From: an uncultured Gaiellaceae bacterium
Lineage (GTDB): Bacteria > Actinomycetota > Thermoleophilia > Gaiellales > Gaiellaceae
NCBI GenBank assembly: GCA_963778725.1
Contig: CAVZVL010000013.1
Span: 17,833-81,832 of the forward strand
Length of the DNA: 64,000 nt
Direction of reading: 5' to 3'
Shown: in pieces, positions 19,635 through 30,180 of the stretch
How the letters are laid out: each line of letters opens with the position of its first letter
Position numbering within the stretch: position 1 is the first letter of the stretch
Notes under the pieces: generated by a model
What the model was told of the DNA's origin: nothing
The model's database searches: none
The model's input: only the letters and a program-made list of their open reading frames with translations
Translations under genes and position numbers: made by a program

Positions 19635-20843
19635 CTAGTCCCTACGCGCGATCCGAATCACGCGGTCCGCTTCGAGCGCGGCGATCTCGTCCTGGGAGTA
19701 GCCGGCCTCGGCGAGGATCTCCTCGGTGTGCTCGCCAACGGCCGGCGGTGCGGCCCGGAACGTCGCCCGCTCGTGATCGAACGACAGAGGTAGCGCGGGC
19801 AGCCTGAGCTCCGGGATGTCCTCGTGCTCGAGCGGCTGGAGGATTCCGAGCGCCTCGGTCTGTTGAGACCCGACGATGTCCGCCACGTCCGCGACGGGGG
19901 CGACGGGAACGCCGGCCGCCGCGAGAAGCCCCTGCCACTCCGCGCTGTCGCGCTCGCGCAGCCGTGCAGAGACGATCGCGACGAGCTCCTCCCGGTTGCG
20001 CACGCGGTCCGGGTTCGTTCGGAAGCGCTCGTCGGTGACGAGCTCCTCGAGCCCGAGCACGCGGCACAGCGAAGCGAAGAGGCGGTCGTTACCGCCCGCG
20101 ACCATCAGCTCTCCGTCCCGCGTGGGGAACACCTGGTAGGGCGCGACCATCGGGAACACCGTCCCTTGCCCGGTCGGAACCGTGCCGTCGGCCAGGTAGC
20201 CGACGAGGTGGTAGCCGATGTAGCTGAGCGCCGTCTCGTACAGCGAGGTGTTCACTACGGTGCCCTCGCCGGTCCGTTCGCGCTCGAGGAGCGCCGCGAG
20301 CACACCGAGCGCAGCCCACATCCCGGTTCCCATGTCGATGAGTGACGAGCCGACGCGCACGCCGGGTCGTCCCGGCTCGCCCGTCATGCTGATGAGCCCG
20401 CCTGCCGCCTGCATGAGCGCGTCGTATCCGGGCTCGTCGGCGAGCGGCCCGACGCGTCCGTACGCCCCGACGGAGCAGTACACGAGGCGTGGACTCCGGC
20501 GCCGGAGCTCGTCGGCTCCGAGGCCGAGCCGCTCGGCCAGCCCGGGGCGGAGGCTCTGCACGAAGACGTCGGCGGTGTCGACGAGGCGCAGCACCGCCTC
20601 GAGGCCGCGCGGGTCGCTCAGCGACACGGCGAGCGAGCGCTTGTCGGCATTCACCGCGAGGAACATCGCGCTCTCGCCGTGCCAGAACGGCGGACCCCAG
20701 GCGCGCCCGTCGTCACCCGTGTCCGGTCGCTCGACCTTCACGACGTCTGACCCGAGCGCGCCGAGGATCTCCGTGCAGTAGGGGCCCGCGATCGACGTCG
20801 TCACGTCGATCACGCGTGTGCCGGCGAGGGGACGAAGCGGCAT
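19635..20843 (-). CDS. Family III CoA-transferase (CaiB/BaiF family)
   Basis: ORF 19635..20900. The likely start is the internal ATG at 20843 (MPLRPLAGTRVIDVTTSIAGPYCTEILGALGSDVVKVERP), which matches the usual family N-terminus. Confidence 0.85.
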   Translation of the reverse strand: MPLRPLAGTRVIDVTTSIAGPYCTEILGALGSDVVKVERPDTGDDGRAWGPPFWHGESAMFLAVNADKRSLAVSLSDPRGLEAVLRLVDTADVFVQSLRPGLAERLGLGADELRRRSPRLVYCSVGAYGRVGPLADEPGYDALMQAAGGLISMTGEPGRPGVRVGSSLIDMGTGMWAALGVLAALLERERTGEGTVVNTSLYETALSYIGYHLVGYLADGTVPTGQGTVFPMVAPYQVFPTRDGELMVAGGNDRLFASLCRVLGLEELVTDERFRTNPDRVRNREELVAIVSARLRERDSAEWQGLLAAAGVPVAPVADVADIVGSQQTEALGILQPLEHEDIPELRLPALPLSFDHERATFRAAPPAVGEHTEEILAEAGYSQDEIAALEADRVIRIARRD

Positions 20844-20877
20844 CGGGGGATCATCGCTCACCTGCGAGGATGCGCCG

Positions 20878-21507
20878 GTGCCGAGCTGGCTCGACTTCAA
20901 CCAGATCGCGGACTGGGTCTCCGGCGCGTGGTGGAGCTACCCGCTCATCTTCTCGGTCGCCATGGTGGACGCGTTCTTCCCGGTCGTCCCGAGCGAGACC
21001 GTCGTCATCATCGGCGGCAACCTCGCTGCGTCGGGGGACCTGAATCTCGCGCTCGTCATTCTCCTCGCGGCGGCCGGTGCGGCCGTGGGAGACAACATCT
21101 CGTACGGGATCGGCACGCTGGTTGGCGAGCGCACGGTCAAGCGCTGGTTCTCCGGTGAGAAATCGCAGCGCCGTCTGCAGTGGGCCGAGCGCATGCTCGA
21201 CGAGCGCGGTGCATACATCATCCTCATCGCCCGGTTCATCCCCGGAGGGCGCGTCGCCGTGACCTTCTCCTCCGGATACATCCCGACGTTCCCCTGGCGG
21301 CGCTTCGTCGTCTATGACGCGGTCGCGTGCCTCCTGTGGGCCTCGTACGCTGCGCTGCTCGGCTACTTCGGAGGGAAAACGTTCGAGAACCACCCCTGGC
21401 TCGGTCTCTTCATCGCGCTCGGGGTCGCACTGTCGCTCGGCTTCGTTGTCGAGGCCATCAGGCACGTACGGCAGCGTCGCTCGGCCGGACGTGACGATGA
21501 CGCCTGA
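20878..21507 (+). CDS. DedA-family membrane protein
   Basis: ORF 20818..21507. Blocks are YPLIFSVAMVDAFFPVVPSETVVIIGG, GDNISYGIG and ARFIPGGRVAVTF. The start is uncertain; GTG 20878 was chosen. Confidence 0.75.
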   Translation: MPSWLDFNQIADWVSGAWWSYPLIFSVAMVDAFFPVVPSETVVIIGGNLAASGDLNLALVILLAAAGAAVGDNISYGIGTLVGERTVKRWFSGEKSQRRLQWAERMLDERGAYIILIARFIPGGRVAVTFSSGYIPTFPWRRFVVYDAVACLLWASYAALLGYFGGKTFENHPWLGLFIALGVALSLGFVVEAIRHVRQRRSAGRDDDA

Positions 21508-21530
21508 GCGGCGCTCGCTAGCGTGACGAC

Positions 21531-23438
21531 GTGAATCGCCTCGCGGACGCGACGTCGCCGTACCTCCTCCAGCACGCCGACAACCCCGTGGACTGGTACG
21601 AGTGGGGGGACGAGGCCTTCGAACGCGCGCGCTCCGAGGACAGGCCGCTCCTCGTCTCGGTCGGCTACAGCTCGTGCCACTGGTGCCACGTGATGGCACA
21701 CGAGTCGTTCGAGGACGAAGCGACGGCGGCGCTCATGAACGACCTCTTCGTGAACGTGAAGGTCGACCGCGAGGAGAGGCCCGACGTGGATGCGGTGACG
21801 ATGGAGGCGACGGTCGGGATGACGGGCTCGGGGGGCTGGCCGACCACGGTGTTCATGACCCCGAACGCGAAACCGTTCTACGCCGGCACGTACTTCCCGC
21901 CCGAGCCGCGCCACGGCATCCCGAGCTTCCCGGAGCTGCTGCGCGCGGTCGCGGAGACGTGGCGCCTCCGCCGTGACGACATCGAGCAGCAGGCGTCGCG
22001 CATCGATGGCGCGCTCCGCTCGACGGTGGGCTCGGAGCCCTCGACGGAGCCACTGACGTCCGCGCTCCTCGACCAGGCGGTCCGCAGCATCGCCGCGACG
22101 TTCGAGCCCGCGTTCGGCGGGTTCGGGCGCGCGCCGAAGTTCCCGGCGCCGTCGACGCTCGAGCTCCTTCTTCGCCGAGGCGACGAGGCGTCCGTCGCGA
22201 TGGTGGCGGCCACGCTCGACGGGATGGCGGCCGGCGGGTTCTACGACGTCGTCGGCGGCGGCTTCCATCGCTACTCGGTGGACGACCGCTGGCTCGTGCC
22301 GCACTTCGAGAAGATGCTCTACGACAACGCGACGCTCGCCTCCGCGTACCTCCACGCGTGGGTCGTGACCGGCCGCGACCACTGCCGAGAGGTTGTCGAG
22401 GAGACCCTCGACTACGTCCTGCGTGAGCTCGCGCTTCCGGACGGCGGGCTCGCCTCGGCGCAGGACGCCGACACCGACGGCATCGAGGGCTTGACCTACA
22501 CGTGGACGCCCGACGAGGCCTCGGAGGTCGGGCTCTCGGGCGATCTGCTCGAGCCGTTCGAGCACGGCCGCTACATCGTGCGCGGCGAGGTCGCCCCGGA
22601 GCTTCGCGCGCGCGTCCTCGCGACGCGGGACCGGCGACCGCAGCCGTTCCGCGACGACAAGGCGCTCGCGTCCTGGAACGGGCTCGCGCTCGCTGCGCTC
22701 GCGGAGGCGGGCTACCGGCTCGAACGGGAAGACTGGCTCGCCGCGGCGCGCGACCTCGGGGAGTTCCTGCTCGGGCCGCTCTCTGCGGAGGACGGCCGAC
22801 TGTTCCGATCGATCCGCGACGGTCGGACGAGCGGCCCCGGCTTCCTCGACGACTACGCGAACGTCGCACACGGGCTCATCGAGCTGCACGCGGCGACCGG
22901 CGAGCTCCGCTGGCTGCTCGAGGCACGCCGCCTCGCGCTCCTCGCGATCGAGCTCTTCGCCGACGACGAGCAGGGCGGCTTCTTCCTCTCACCGGAGGAC
23001 GGCGACGCTCGCGTGCCGCGCACGAAGGACCTGCAGGACTCGCCGGTGCCCTCGGGCAACTCGATGCTGGCTCACGTGCTGCTCCGGCTCTCGCGCATCT
23101 GGGGGGACGACGAGCTCGAGCGCCGCGCGGTCTCCGTGTTCCGTCTCGCGGAGACGGCGCTGCGGCGCGCGCCGGGCTTCTTTGCGTGGATGCTCTGCGG
23201 CCTCGAGCTCTGGCTCAGCCCGCCGCAGGAGATCGCGATCGCGGGTGACGTCGACGCCCCCGTCGCGCGCGCCGCGCTCGCGCCATTCCGGCCCAACGCG
23301 GTCGTCGCCGTCGGGCCGTCGGACGACGTACCGCTACTCGCCGGCAAGGGCCTCGTCGACGGAAAGACGGCCGTCTACGTGTGCGAGCGGTTCGCCTGTC
23401 GCGCTCCCGTCACCGAACCGGAGGAGGTTGCCGTGTGA
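21531..23438 (+). CDS. Thioredoxin-domain protein (DUF255/YyaL-SPATA20-like, N-terminal thioredoxin fold plus alpha/alpha-barrel)
   Basis: Intact 635-aa ORF with [54 protein letters not shown]. Confidence 0.85.
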   Translation: MNRLADATSPYLLQHADNPVDWYEWGDEAFERARSEDRPLLVSVGYSSCHWCHVMAHESFEDEATAALMNDLFVNVKVDREERPDVDAVTMEATVGMTGSGGWPTTVFMTPNAKPFYAGTYFPPEPRHGIPSFPELLRAVAETWRLRRDDIEQQASRIDGALRSTVGSEPSTEPLTSALLDQAVRSIAATFEPAFGGFGRAPKFPAPSTLELLLRRGDEASVAMVAATLDGMAAGGFYDVVGGGFHRYSVDDRWLVPHFEKMLYDNATLASAYLHAWVVTGRDHCREVVEETLDYVLRELALPDGGLASAQDADTDGIEGLTYTWTPDEASEVGLSGDLLEPFEHGRYIVRGEVAPELRARVLATRDRRPQPFRDDKALASWNGLALAALAEAGYRLEREDWLAAARDLGEFLLGPLSAEDGRLFRSIRDGRTSGPGFLDDYANVAHGLIELHAATGELRWLLEARRLALLAIELFADDEQGGFFLSPEDGDARVPRTKDLQDSPVPSGNSMLAHVLLRLSRIWGDDELERRAVSVFRLAETALRRAPGFFAWMLCGLELWLSPPQEIAIAGDVDAPVARAALAPFRPNAVVAVGPSDDVPLLAGKGLVDGKTAVYVCERFACRAPVTEPEEVAV

Positions 23439-24386
23439 TGCGAGTCGCCCTGATGATCGAAGGCCAGGAGGGCGTGTCCTGGGACGACTGGGTGCGCCTT
23501 GCGCGACTCGCGGAGGAGCACGGCTTCGAGGGCCTCTTCCGCTCCGACCACTACACGGCGATCATCCGCCCCGACGCGGTTGCCCTCGACGCCTGGGCCA
23601 CGCTCGCCGGACTCGCCGCCGATCACGAGTCGCATCCGGTTGGGGACGATGGTCTCGCCCTCGACGTTCCGGCATCCAAGCGTGCTCGCACGCATGGCAG
23701 TGACCGTCGACCACATCTCGAGCGGCCGCGTCGAGGTCGGCATGGGCTCGGGGTGGTACGAGCGCGAGCACCTCGCGCAGGGCTTCCTCTTCCTCGACGG
23801 GAAGCAGCGATTCGAGCTCTTCGCCGAGCAGGTCGAGATCGTCATGCGCTCGTGGAGCGGGGAGCGGTTCGACCACGACGGCCCCGCGTACACCCTTCGC
23901 GACCAGCTCGCGCTCCCGCCGCCGGTGCAGCAGCCGCACCCGCCGCTCGTGCTCGGAGGGACCGTCAAGCGACGCTTCGCCGCGCTTGCGGCGCGGTACG
24001 CGACCGAGGTGAACACGCTCGGCGCTCCGGATGACGAGCTCTGCGCGCGGAAGATCGCGCTCGATCGCGCCTGCGCGGAGGCGGGGCGCGATCCGGCGAC
24101 GCTCGGCTACTCGGTGATGACCGCATGCTTTCTCGGTGAGACGGACGCGGATGTCGAGGAGCGCGTCGCGCGGTTCCTCGCGGTCCGCGGCGACGGCGGC
24201 GATCCCGCTGAGCTGATCCGCGAGCGACGTGACCGCTGGCTCGTCGGCACGGTGGACGAGGTCGTCGAGCGGATCGAGGGCCTCCGGGCAGTCGGCGTGT
24301 CGCGTGTCTTGCTGCAGCACCTGAACGACGGCGACGACGAGATGCTCGCGCTGGCGGGCGAACGTCTGCTACCGGCGCTCAGGTAG
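23438..24386 (+). pseudogene. Luciferase-like (LLM class) F420-dependent oxidoreductase; one frame shift near 23620
   Basis: TGATG overlap with the upstream stop. [39 protein letters not shown] is in the frame of ORF 23381. RLGTMVSPSTFRHPSVLARMAVTVDHISSGRVEVGMGSGW... is in ORF 23499..24386. Confidence 0.8.
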
Positions 24387-24397
24387 CGTCCGGCGGC

Positions 24398-26191
24398 ATG
24401 ACCACAACAGAATTCACGGGTGCGGAGGACGTCGCGTGGGACCTTTCCGACCTGTACTCGGGCGGCGACGACCCACGCATCGAGCAGCACGTCGAGGAGA
24501 CGGACTCGGCGGCAGCAGCCTTCCGTGAGCGCTACTACGGTCGCGTTGCGGAGCTGAGCCCGGCCGAGCTGCTCGAGGCGATCGAGGAGCGCGAGCGGAT
24601 CGAGTCGATCTTCACGCGCGCCATCTACTTCGCGCACCTCCAGTTCGCGACCGACATGAACGACTCGCCGCGCGGCGCCCTGGTGGCGCGGCTCACCGAG
24701 AAGGGCGCGACGATCGACACGCAGCTCCTCTTCTTCGGGCTGGAGCTGGCCGCCCTCGAGGACGAGCAGGCAGATGTTTTTCTCGCAAGCGATGAGCTCG
24801 AGCACTGGCGTCACTGGCTGCGCAACATCCGCAAGTTCCGGCCGTACGTCCTCACGGAGCCAGAGGAGAAGATCCTCACCGAGAAGGCCGTCTCCGGCTT
24901 CTCCGCCTGGGACCGGCTGTACGACGAGCTGCTCGGCGCGATCAAGGTCGACCTCGACGGCACGGAGATCGGCTTCGAGGAGGCGATGTCCAAGCTGCAG
25001 GCCGCCGACCGCGACCTTCGCCGGAGGGCATCGGAGGCCGTGACCGAGGCGCTCGCGCCCGGGCTGCGGACTCGCACCTACGTCTTCAACACGATTGCCG
25101 TCGACAGGTCGATCGACGACCGCCTGCGCGGCTATGCGACCTGGATCTCGGCGCGCAACCTGGCGAACGACACGACCGACGAGGCCGTCGAGGCGCTCAT
25201 CGACGCGGTCGTCGGGCGCTACGACGTCGTGCAGCGTTACTACACGCTGAAGGCGAAGCTGCTGGGCCTCGACCGACTCTCCTTCTACGACCGCATGGCC
25301 CCGCTCGCGGAGGACACCGCACACGTCGAGTGGCCGGACGCGAAGCAGCTCGTCCTCGACGCGTTCGCCGACTTTTCGAGCGAGACGGGCGGGATCATCG
25401 CGCGGTTCTTCGACGAGAGCTGGATCGACGCTCCGCCTCGCAACGGGAAGCGGCCGGGAGCCTTCTGCGCGACGAACGTCCCGGGTGTCCATCCCTACGT
25501 CTTCATGAACTACACGGGCGACCGCCGCTCGGTGCTGACCCTCGCGCACGAGCTCGGCCACGGCCTGCACGGCTATCTCGCAGCGCCGCTCGGGCTGTTC
25601 AATGCGAGCACGCCGCTCACGACGGCGGAGACCGCCTCGGTCTTCGGCGAGGCGCTCACGTTCAAGCGCCTGCTCGCGCACGAAGACGATCCGCAGCGGC
25701 GTCTGAACCTCCTCGCGGGCCGCATCGAGGATTCGATCGCGACGGTGTACCGGCAGATCGCGATGAACCGCTTCGAGCACGCCGTGCACACAACCCGGCG
25801 CGACGAGGGCGAGCTCTCGTCGGAGAAGTTCGAGGAGCTCTGGCTCGAGTCGCAGCTCGCGCTCTTCGGCGACTCGGTGGACACGGACGGCTACGGCACG
25901 TGGTGGAGCTACATCCCGCACTTCATCGGCACGCCGGGTTACGTCTACGCGTACTCCTACGGATTCCTCTTCGCACTCTCGATCTTCCGCAAGTACGAGC
26001 TCGAGGGCGAGGCGATGGTGGAGCCCTACCTCGACCTGCTCCGCGCAGGCGGCTCGAAGACGCCGGAGGAGCTGGCCGAGATGGTCGGGCTCGACCTGAC
26101 GGACCGGGCCATTTGGGACGCTGGCATCGACGCGCTCGCCGTCGAGCTCGACGAGGCCGAGGCGCTCGCGGTCGACATCGGCCTGTCCTGA
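24398..26191 (+). CDS. pepF: M3-family oligoendopeptidase (PepF-like)
   Basis: Intact 597-aa ORF with the zinc motif HELGHGLH (HExxH) in a typical M3B context. Confidence 0.85.
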   Translation: MTTTEFTGAEDVAWDLSDLYSGGDDPRIEQHVEETDSAAAAFRERYYGRVAELSPAELLEAIEERERIESIFTRAIYFAHLQFATDMNDSPRGALVARLTEKGATIDTQLLFFGLELAALEDEQADVFLASDELEHWRHWLRNIRKFRPYVLTEPEEKILTEKAVSGFSAWDRLYDELLGAIKVDLDGTEIGFEEAMSKLQAADRDLRRRASEAVTEALAPGLRTRTYVFNTIAVDRSIDDRLRGYATWISARNLANDTTDEAVEALIDAVVGRYDVVQRYYTLKAKLLGLDRLSFYDRMAPLAEDTAHVEWPDAKQLVLDAFADFSSETGGIIARFFDESWIDAPPRNGKRPGAFCATNVPGVHPYVFMNYTGDRRSVLTLAHELGHGLHGYLAAPLGLFNASTPLTTAETASVFGEALTFKRLLAHEDDPQRRLNLLAGRIEDSIATVYRQIAMNRFEHAVHTTRRDEGELSSEKFEELWLESQLALFGDSVDTDGYGTWWSYIPHFIGTPGYVYAYSYGFLFALSIFRKYELEGEAMVEPYLDLLRAGGSKTPEELAEMVGLDLTDRAIWDAGIDALAVELDEAEALAVDIGLS

Positions 26192-26254
26192 GACCGTGCG
26201 CAAGACCGGAAGTCCGCTAGCGCGAGAATTCCGGTCGCGCGAAGATCCCTAAAG

Positions 26255-26273
26255 GCGGCTGCTCCGCAGCCGC
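26255..26273. terminator. Short hairpin between convergent pepF and tetR
   Basis: GCGGCTGC-TCC-GCAGCCGC forms a perfect 8-bp stem with a 3-nt loop. There is no U-tract. Confidence 0.4.
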
Positions 26274-26288
26274 AGCGCTGCGAATCCC

Positions 26289-26889
26289 TCATGCGACGCT
26301 CACGCCGAGGAGCGCGGCTTCGATCTCGCGGAGCCGCTCGACGTCGCCGCGCATGGCTGCAGTTGCGTCGTTGAAGAGGAACGCCTCGGCGAGGCGGACG
26401 ATCGCGTAGGCGAGCGTCGACGGATCGACGGGCGGCGTGTACGCCCCTGACCGCACCTCGTCCTCTATGAAGCTCTCGATCTTGGCGACCGCTCGGCCGT
26501 GGATGACGCCTCCGCTCGACGTGAGCATGCGCAAGCGCGTCTCGTTCGAGTTGGAGAAAGCTGCGCAGCGCCGGCGCCGCGGCGAGTGCCCGGTTGATGC
26601 GGTCGAACGTGTCGAGGAGGGCGGCGCCACCTCGGCCTTTCGCGCCCGCACGGGCTTCGTCGAACAGAGGCTCCGCCGCCTCGGCAACCGTCTCTCCGAT
26701 GAGGCCCTCGCGCGACCCGAACCAGCGGTAGATCGTCGTGCGCCCGAGCCCGAGCTCGGCCGCGATCGCCTGCACGTCGACCCGCTCGCCGTGTAGGTAG
26801 CGGTTCAGCGCGAGGTGGAGGACGTCCTCCCGGCTCGCGGCCGCCGGACGACCGCGTCGACGGTCGATGGTCGTCGGGCTTTGCGTCAT
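26289..26889 (-). pseudogene. TetR/AcrR-family transcriptional regulator; one frame shift near 26560
   Basis: The HTH is VDVQAIAAELGLGRTTIYRWFGSREGLI (ORF 26026..26907). The C-terminal half VIHGRAVAKIESFIEDEVRSGAYTPPVDPSTLAYAIVRLAEAFLFND is in ORF 26289..26687. The start is at 26889 (MTQSPTT) or 26907. Confidence 0.75.
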
Positions 26890-27047
26890 GGTCTCGTATT
26901 GATACACAAGGCGCCCCGTGTAATGATTTCTTCCTCACTAACTGCGATGCCGGAGGCGTCGTTTCAAGCTATAGCGGCATGGGCGTGCCCGCTGTACGCT
27001 CGCGGCTGACAGGCAGGAATCGGAGGGTTCACAAGGAGGCAAATTCG

Positions 27048-28317
27048 GTGCGAAAGCTCGTTGCAGTTGCGACCGTCCTGGTCGCGGCGCTCGCGCTCAC
27101 CGTGCCCGGCGCGATCGGCGGCCCGGGCCAGACACCAGGAGTGACGTCCAAGTCCATCGTCATCGGCGGCACGTTCCCGCTCACAGGTGTAGCCGCGTCC
27201 TACGCGCCCATCCCGCTCGGCATGAAGGCGTACTTCAGCTACATCAACGCGCGGAAGGGATCCGGACAAGCAAGCGCGGCGTGATGGGCCGCCAGATCGT
27301 CTGGAAGTACTACGACGACGGCTACAACCCCGCGAACACGGTGCAGCTCACGCGGCGCCTCGTCGAGCAGGACAAGGTCTTCGCGACCGTGGGCGGGCTC
27401 GGCACGGAGCCGCAGCTCTCGCGTTCGCTCGTACCTGAACCAGCAGAAGGTGCCGCAGGCGCTCGTCTCGACGGGGCGTCGACTGGAGTTCGACTCGCAG
27501 TGGCAAGGAGTACCCGTGGACGATCGGCTGGCAGCCCGACTACATCGCCGAGGGCCGGCTGTACGGCCTGCACACCAAGGCGAACTACGCGGGCAAGAAG
27601 ATCGGGGTCATCTACCAGAACGACGACTACGGCAAGGACTACCTGTACGGGTTCCGCGCCGCGCTTGGCAAGAAGTACGCGGACGCGAACGTCGTCGCCC
27701 AGGAGGCGGTCGAGGCGACCGCGACCAGCGCTCGCGGCACAGATCACGCGAATCAAGGCGGCGGTGCGCAGATCTTCGCCGTCTTCCAGCTGCCGACGCC
27801 GACAGTCCGCTCGATCGCAACGGCCAAGGCACTGGGCTTCAACCTCGACCAGATCTACATGAACTCGGTCGCCGCGATCAAGCCTGCGACGGATGGGATC
27901 GTCGCCTCCGCAGGGGCCGCCGTACGTCGAACGGGATCATCACGATCGCAGTACGCCAAGGACCCGCAGGATCCGAAGTGGGACAACGACGCCGGCGATG
28001 AAGCTGTACCGGCCGATCATCGCCAAGTACGGCGGCGGCGCGAACGCCGAACGACCCGCAGGTGCTCTACGGCGTCGCGAAGGCCGAGGCGTTCGTTCAG
28101 GCGCTGTACAAGGCCGGGAAGAACCCCACTCGCGCGAGCCTGATGAGCGCGCTCCTGAGCATGAACTGCGAAAAGTTCTATCTGCTTCCGGGCATCGTGA
28201 TGAAGACGTCGAAGACGGACCACTTCACCATCAGCCAGATGCAGCTCGCGCGCCTGAACTCGATCGACCAAGCTCTACGTGCCGTTCGGCAAGCTGGTCG
28301 AGGGTCGCCCGCGCTAA
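27048..28317 (+). pseudogene. Branched-chain amino acid (Liv/Leu-Ile-Val) type ABC substrate-binding protein, heavily frame-disrupted paralogue of the intact one at 43935..45167
   Basis: GTG at 27048 follows AAGGAGG. The signal peptide is VRKLVAVATVLVAALALTVPGAIGG. Blocks in at least 6 frames parallel the intact paralogue: SIVIGGTFPLTG, VWKYYDDGYNPANTVQLTRRLVEQDKVFATVGGLGTE, DPQDPKWDNDAG, KLYRPIIAKYGGGAN and FYLLPGIVMKTSKTDHFTISQMQLAR. The gene ends in a double stop TAA TAG. Confidence 0.7.
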
Positions 28318-29054
28318 TAGAGCTTCTCCCCTGCATGTGACTCGGTGGTAGAGGCCGGGAGACCGGCCTCTACGCGTCTCGACTCCTGGGCGAGCGCTCG
28401 ATACTGCTCCCAGTAGCGCTCCATCGTCGTCTGGCGATGCGAGAGGTGGAGGAGGTCGTACGGCGCGACGTTCACGGCCCGCACGATCCACTCGCCGCCG
28501 TCGCCGAGGTCGAGCACGTTGATGCACGCTGGCGCCTGCTCGAAGTGGCCGAGGAACATGCGCTCGCCGGTCAGTGCGTACGAGAGGATCGCGCGGTTCA
28601 CGCCGCCGTGGCAGACGGCGAGCGCGGTGTGCCAGGTCGTCGTCGGCGACGAGCCGCTCGAGCGCGGGGAGGACGCGATCGAAGAGCTCGCCGATCGACT
28701 CCCCGCGGAGGAAGCGCGCGTCGTTCGGGATCACCCCGCGAAACGCGTGCACGAACTCGCGCTCGAGTGCGTCGGCGCGGGATCTCGGAGAGGCGGCCGC
28801 CCTGGATCTCGCGCAGCTCCGGCCACGACTCGGCCTCGGCTTCGGGCGCGACGATCGCCGCGGTCTCGAGCGTCCGCGGGAGCCCGCTCGTGACGACGCG
28901 GTCGAGCTCGATGGCGCGGAGCGCCTCGGCGACGGCGTGTCGCCTGCGCGATGCCTTCCTCGTTGAGCGGCACGCTTCGCGGGTCACGGGCGGTCCGTCG
29001 GCCTGGAAGTACGACACCTCGCGCGTGGCGCATGAGATAGAGGCCGGCGACTCA
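28314..29054 (-). pseudogene. Histidine phosphatase family protein (phosphoglycerate-mutase-like); several frame shifts, 3' end uncertain
   Basis: Hand-joined pieces are: start MSRR..LYLMRHA (RHG-like motif); DRVVTSGLPRTLETAAIVAPEAEAESWPELREIQGG; HAFRGVIPNDARFLRGESIGELFDRVLPALERL; and TALAVCHGGVNRAILSYALTGERMFLGHFEQAPACINVLDL. Confidence 0.55.
28348..28373. terminator. Strong hairpin (11-bp stem, GAGA loop) at the convergent junction of the binding-protein gene and the histidine phosphatase gene
   Basis: GTAGAGGCCGG-GAGA-CCGGCCTCTAC is a perfect inverted repeat. It lies inside the as-called 3' tail of the minus-strand ORF 28314..28601, which makes that tail suspect. Confidence 0.5.
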
Positions 29055-29075
29055 TCGGCTGCGTAGGATCGCACG

Positions 29076-30180
29076 GTGGCGATGGCGACATCGTCGAGAC
29101 CGCGGCCGACGCCGACGGGCCTGACGAAGCCGCCGCTCATCGTGCTCGATCGCGTTCGCAGCGTTCCTCGACGAGCACGGCCTCGGCTCGGGCGAGCTGC
29201 GCGCGCGCCGGATCGGCGAGGGCGGCGGCTCGAACTTCACCTTCCTCCTCGAGCGGGATGACGGGCCGGTTCGTGCTCCGGCGCCCGCCGCGTCCGCCGC
29301 TTCCGCCGTCCGCGCACGACGTCGTGCGCGAGGCGCGGCTTCAGCTCGCGTTGCGCGAGGCAGGGTTCGCGCGCCTCCCGACGATCGTCGCCGTCTGCGA
29401 GGACGAGAGCGTGCTCGGCGTCCCGTTCTACGTCATGGACGAGCTCGACGGGATCGTGCCGACGGACGAGCTGCCGCCCGGGCTCGAAGGCGAGGCGCGC
29501 CGCCGTGCGCTCGGCGACGACCTCGTCGACGCGCTCGTGGAGATCCACGCGGCCGACGTGGCGACGCCCGGGCTCGCCGCGTTCGCGCGGCCGGGGAGCT
29601 ACAACGAGCGCCAGGTTCGCCGCTTCGCGCAGCTCTGGGAGATCAACAAGACGCGCGAGCTCCCGGAGGTCGACGACGTAGGCGACGCGGCTCGCCGCGA
29701 CCTGCCCGAGCCGCTGCCCTCGACCGTCGTGCACGGCGACTTCCGGCTCGGGAACACGATGGTCGGCCGCGACGAGCCGACGCGGATCCTCGCCGTGCTC
29801 GACTGGGAGATGGGCGCGATCGGCGACCCGCGTGCGGACGTCGGCTACCTGCTCGCGACGTACAGCGAGCCGGGCGGGCCGCCGAACCCGCTCGGCACGT
29901 CCCCCGTGACCGCGCTCGCGGGATTTCCGTCGCGGCGGGACCTCGTCGAGCGCTACTCGGCGCGCAGCGGGCGCGACATCGAGCCGCTCGCCTGGTTCGA
30001 GGCGCTGGCGCTCTGGAAGGCTGCGGTGTTCTGCGAGGCGATCTACGGCCGCTTCATGCGCGGCGAGCTCGGTGCCGAGGACACGCGCGCTGCGCGCTTC
30101 GAGCAGGGCGTGCCGTACCTCGCCGAGTCGCGGCAGCCGCCCGCGATGACGAGCTCGCGCTCGACGCGGCGGTCGGCTAG
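29076..30180 (+). pseudogene. Aminoglycoside-phosphotransferase-fold (APH/choline-kinase-like) kinase of the type found next to or fused to acyl-CoA dehydrogenases; about 3 frame shifts
   Basis: Blocks are [23 protein letters not shown] (after a shift), [13 protein letters not shown], the Brenner motif [13 protein letters not shown], and [19 protein letters not shown]. The tail [15 protein letters not shown]-stop was read by hand. The TAG at 30178-30180 overlaps the convergent stop. Confidence 0.75.

Noticed and set aside
18508-19638. A 376-aa plus-strand ORF that exactly spans the malic enzyme gene on the opposite strand.
   Set aside because: Its Ser/Thr/Ala/Pro-rich composition is typical of the antisense frame of a high-GC gene. 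The minus-strand product has complete malic-enzyme motifs, and there is no RBS or motif support for the plus-strand ORF.
20818-20900. Apparent 5' overlap of the divergent CoA-transferase and DedA ORFs, read as overlapping genes.
   Set aside because: Internal starts (ATG 20843 and GTG 20878) give N-termini that match the family consensus and leave a 34-nt spacer. The longer ORF extensions have atypical composition.
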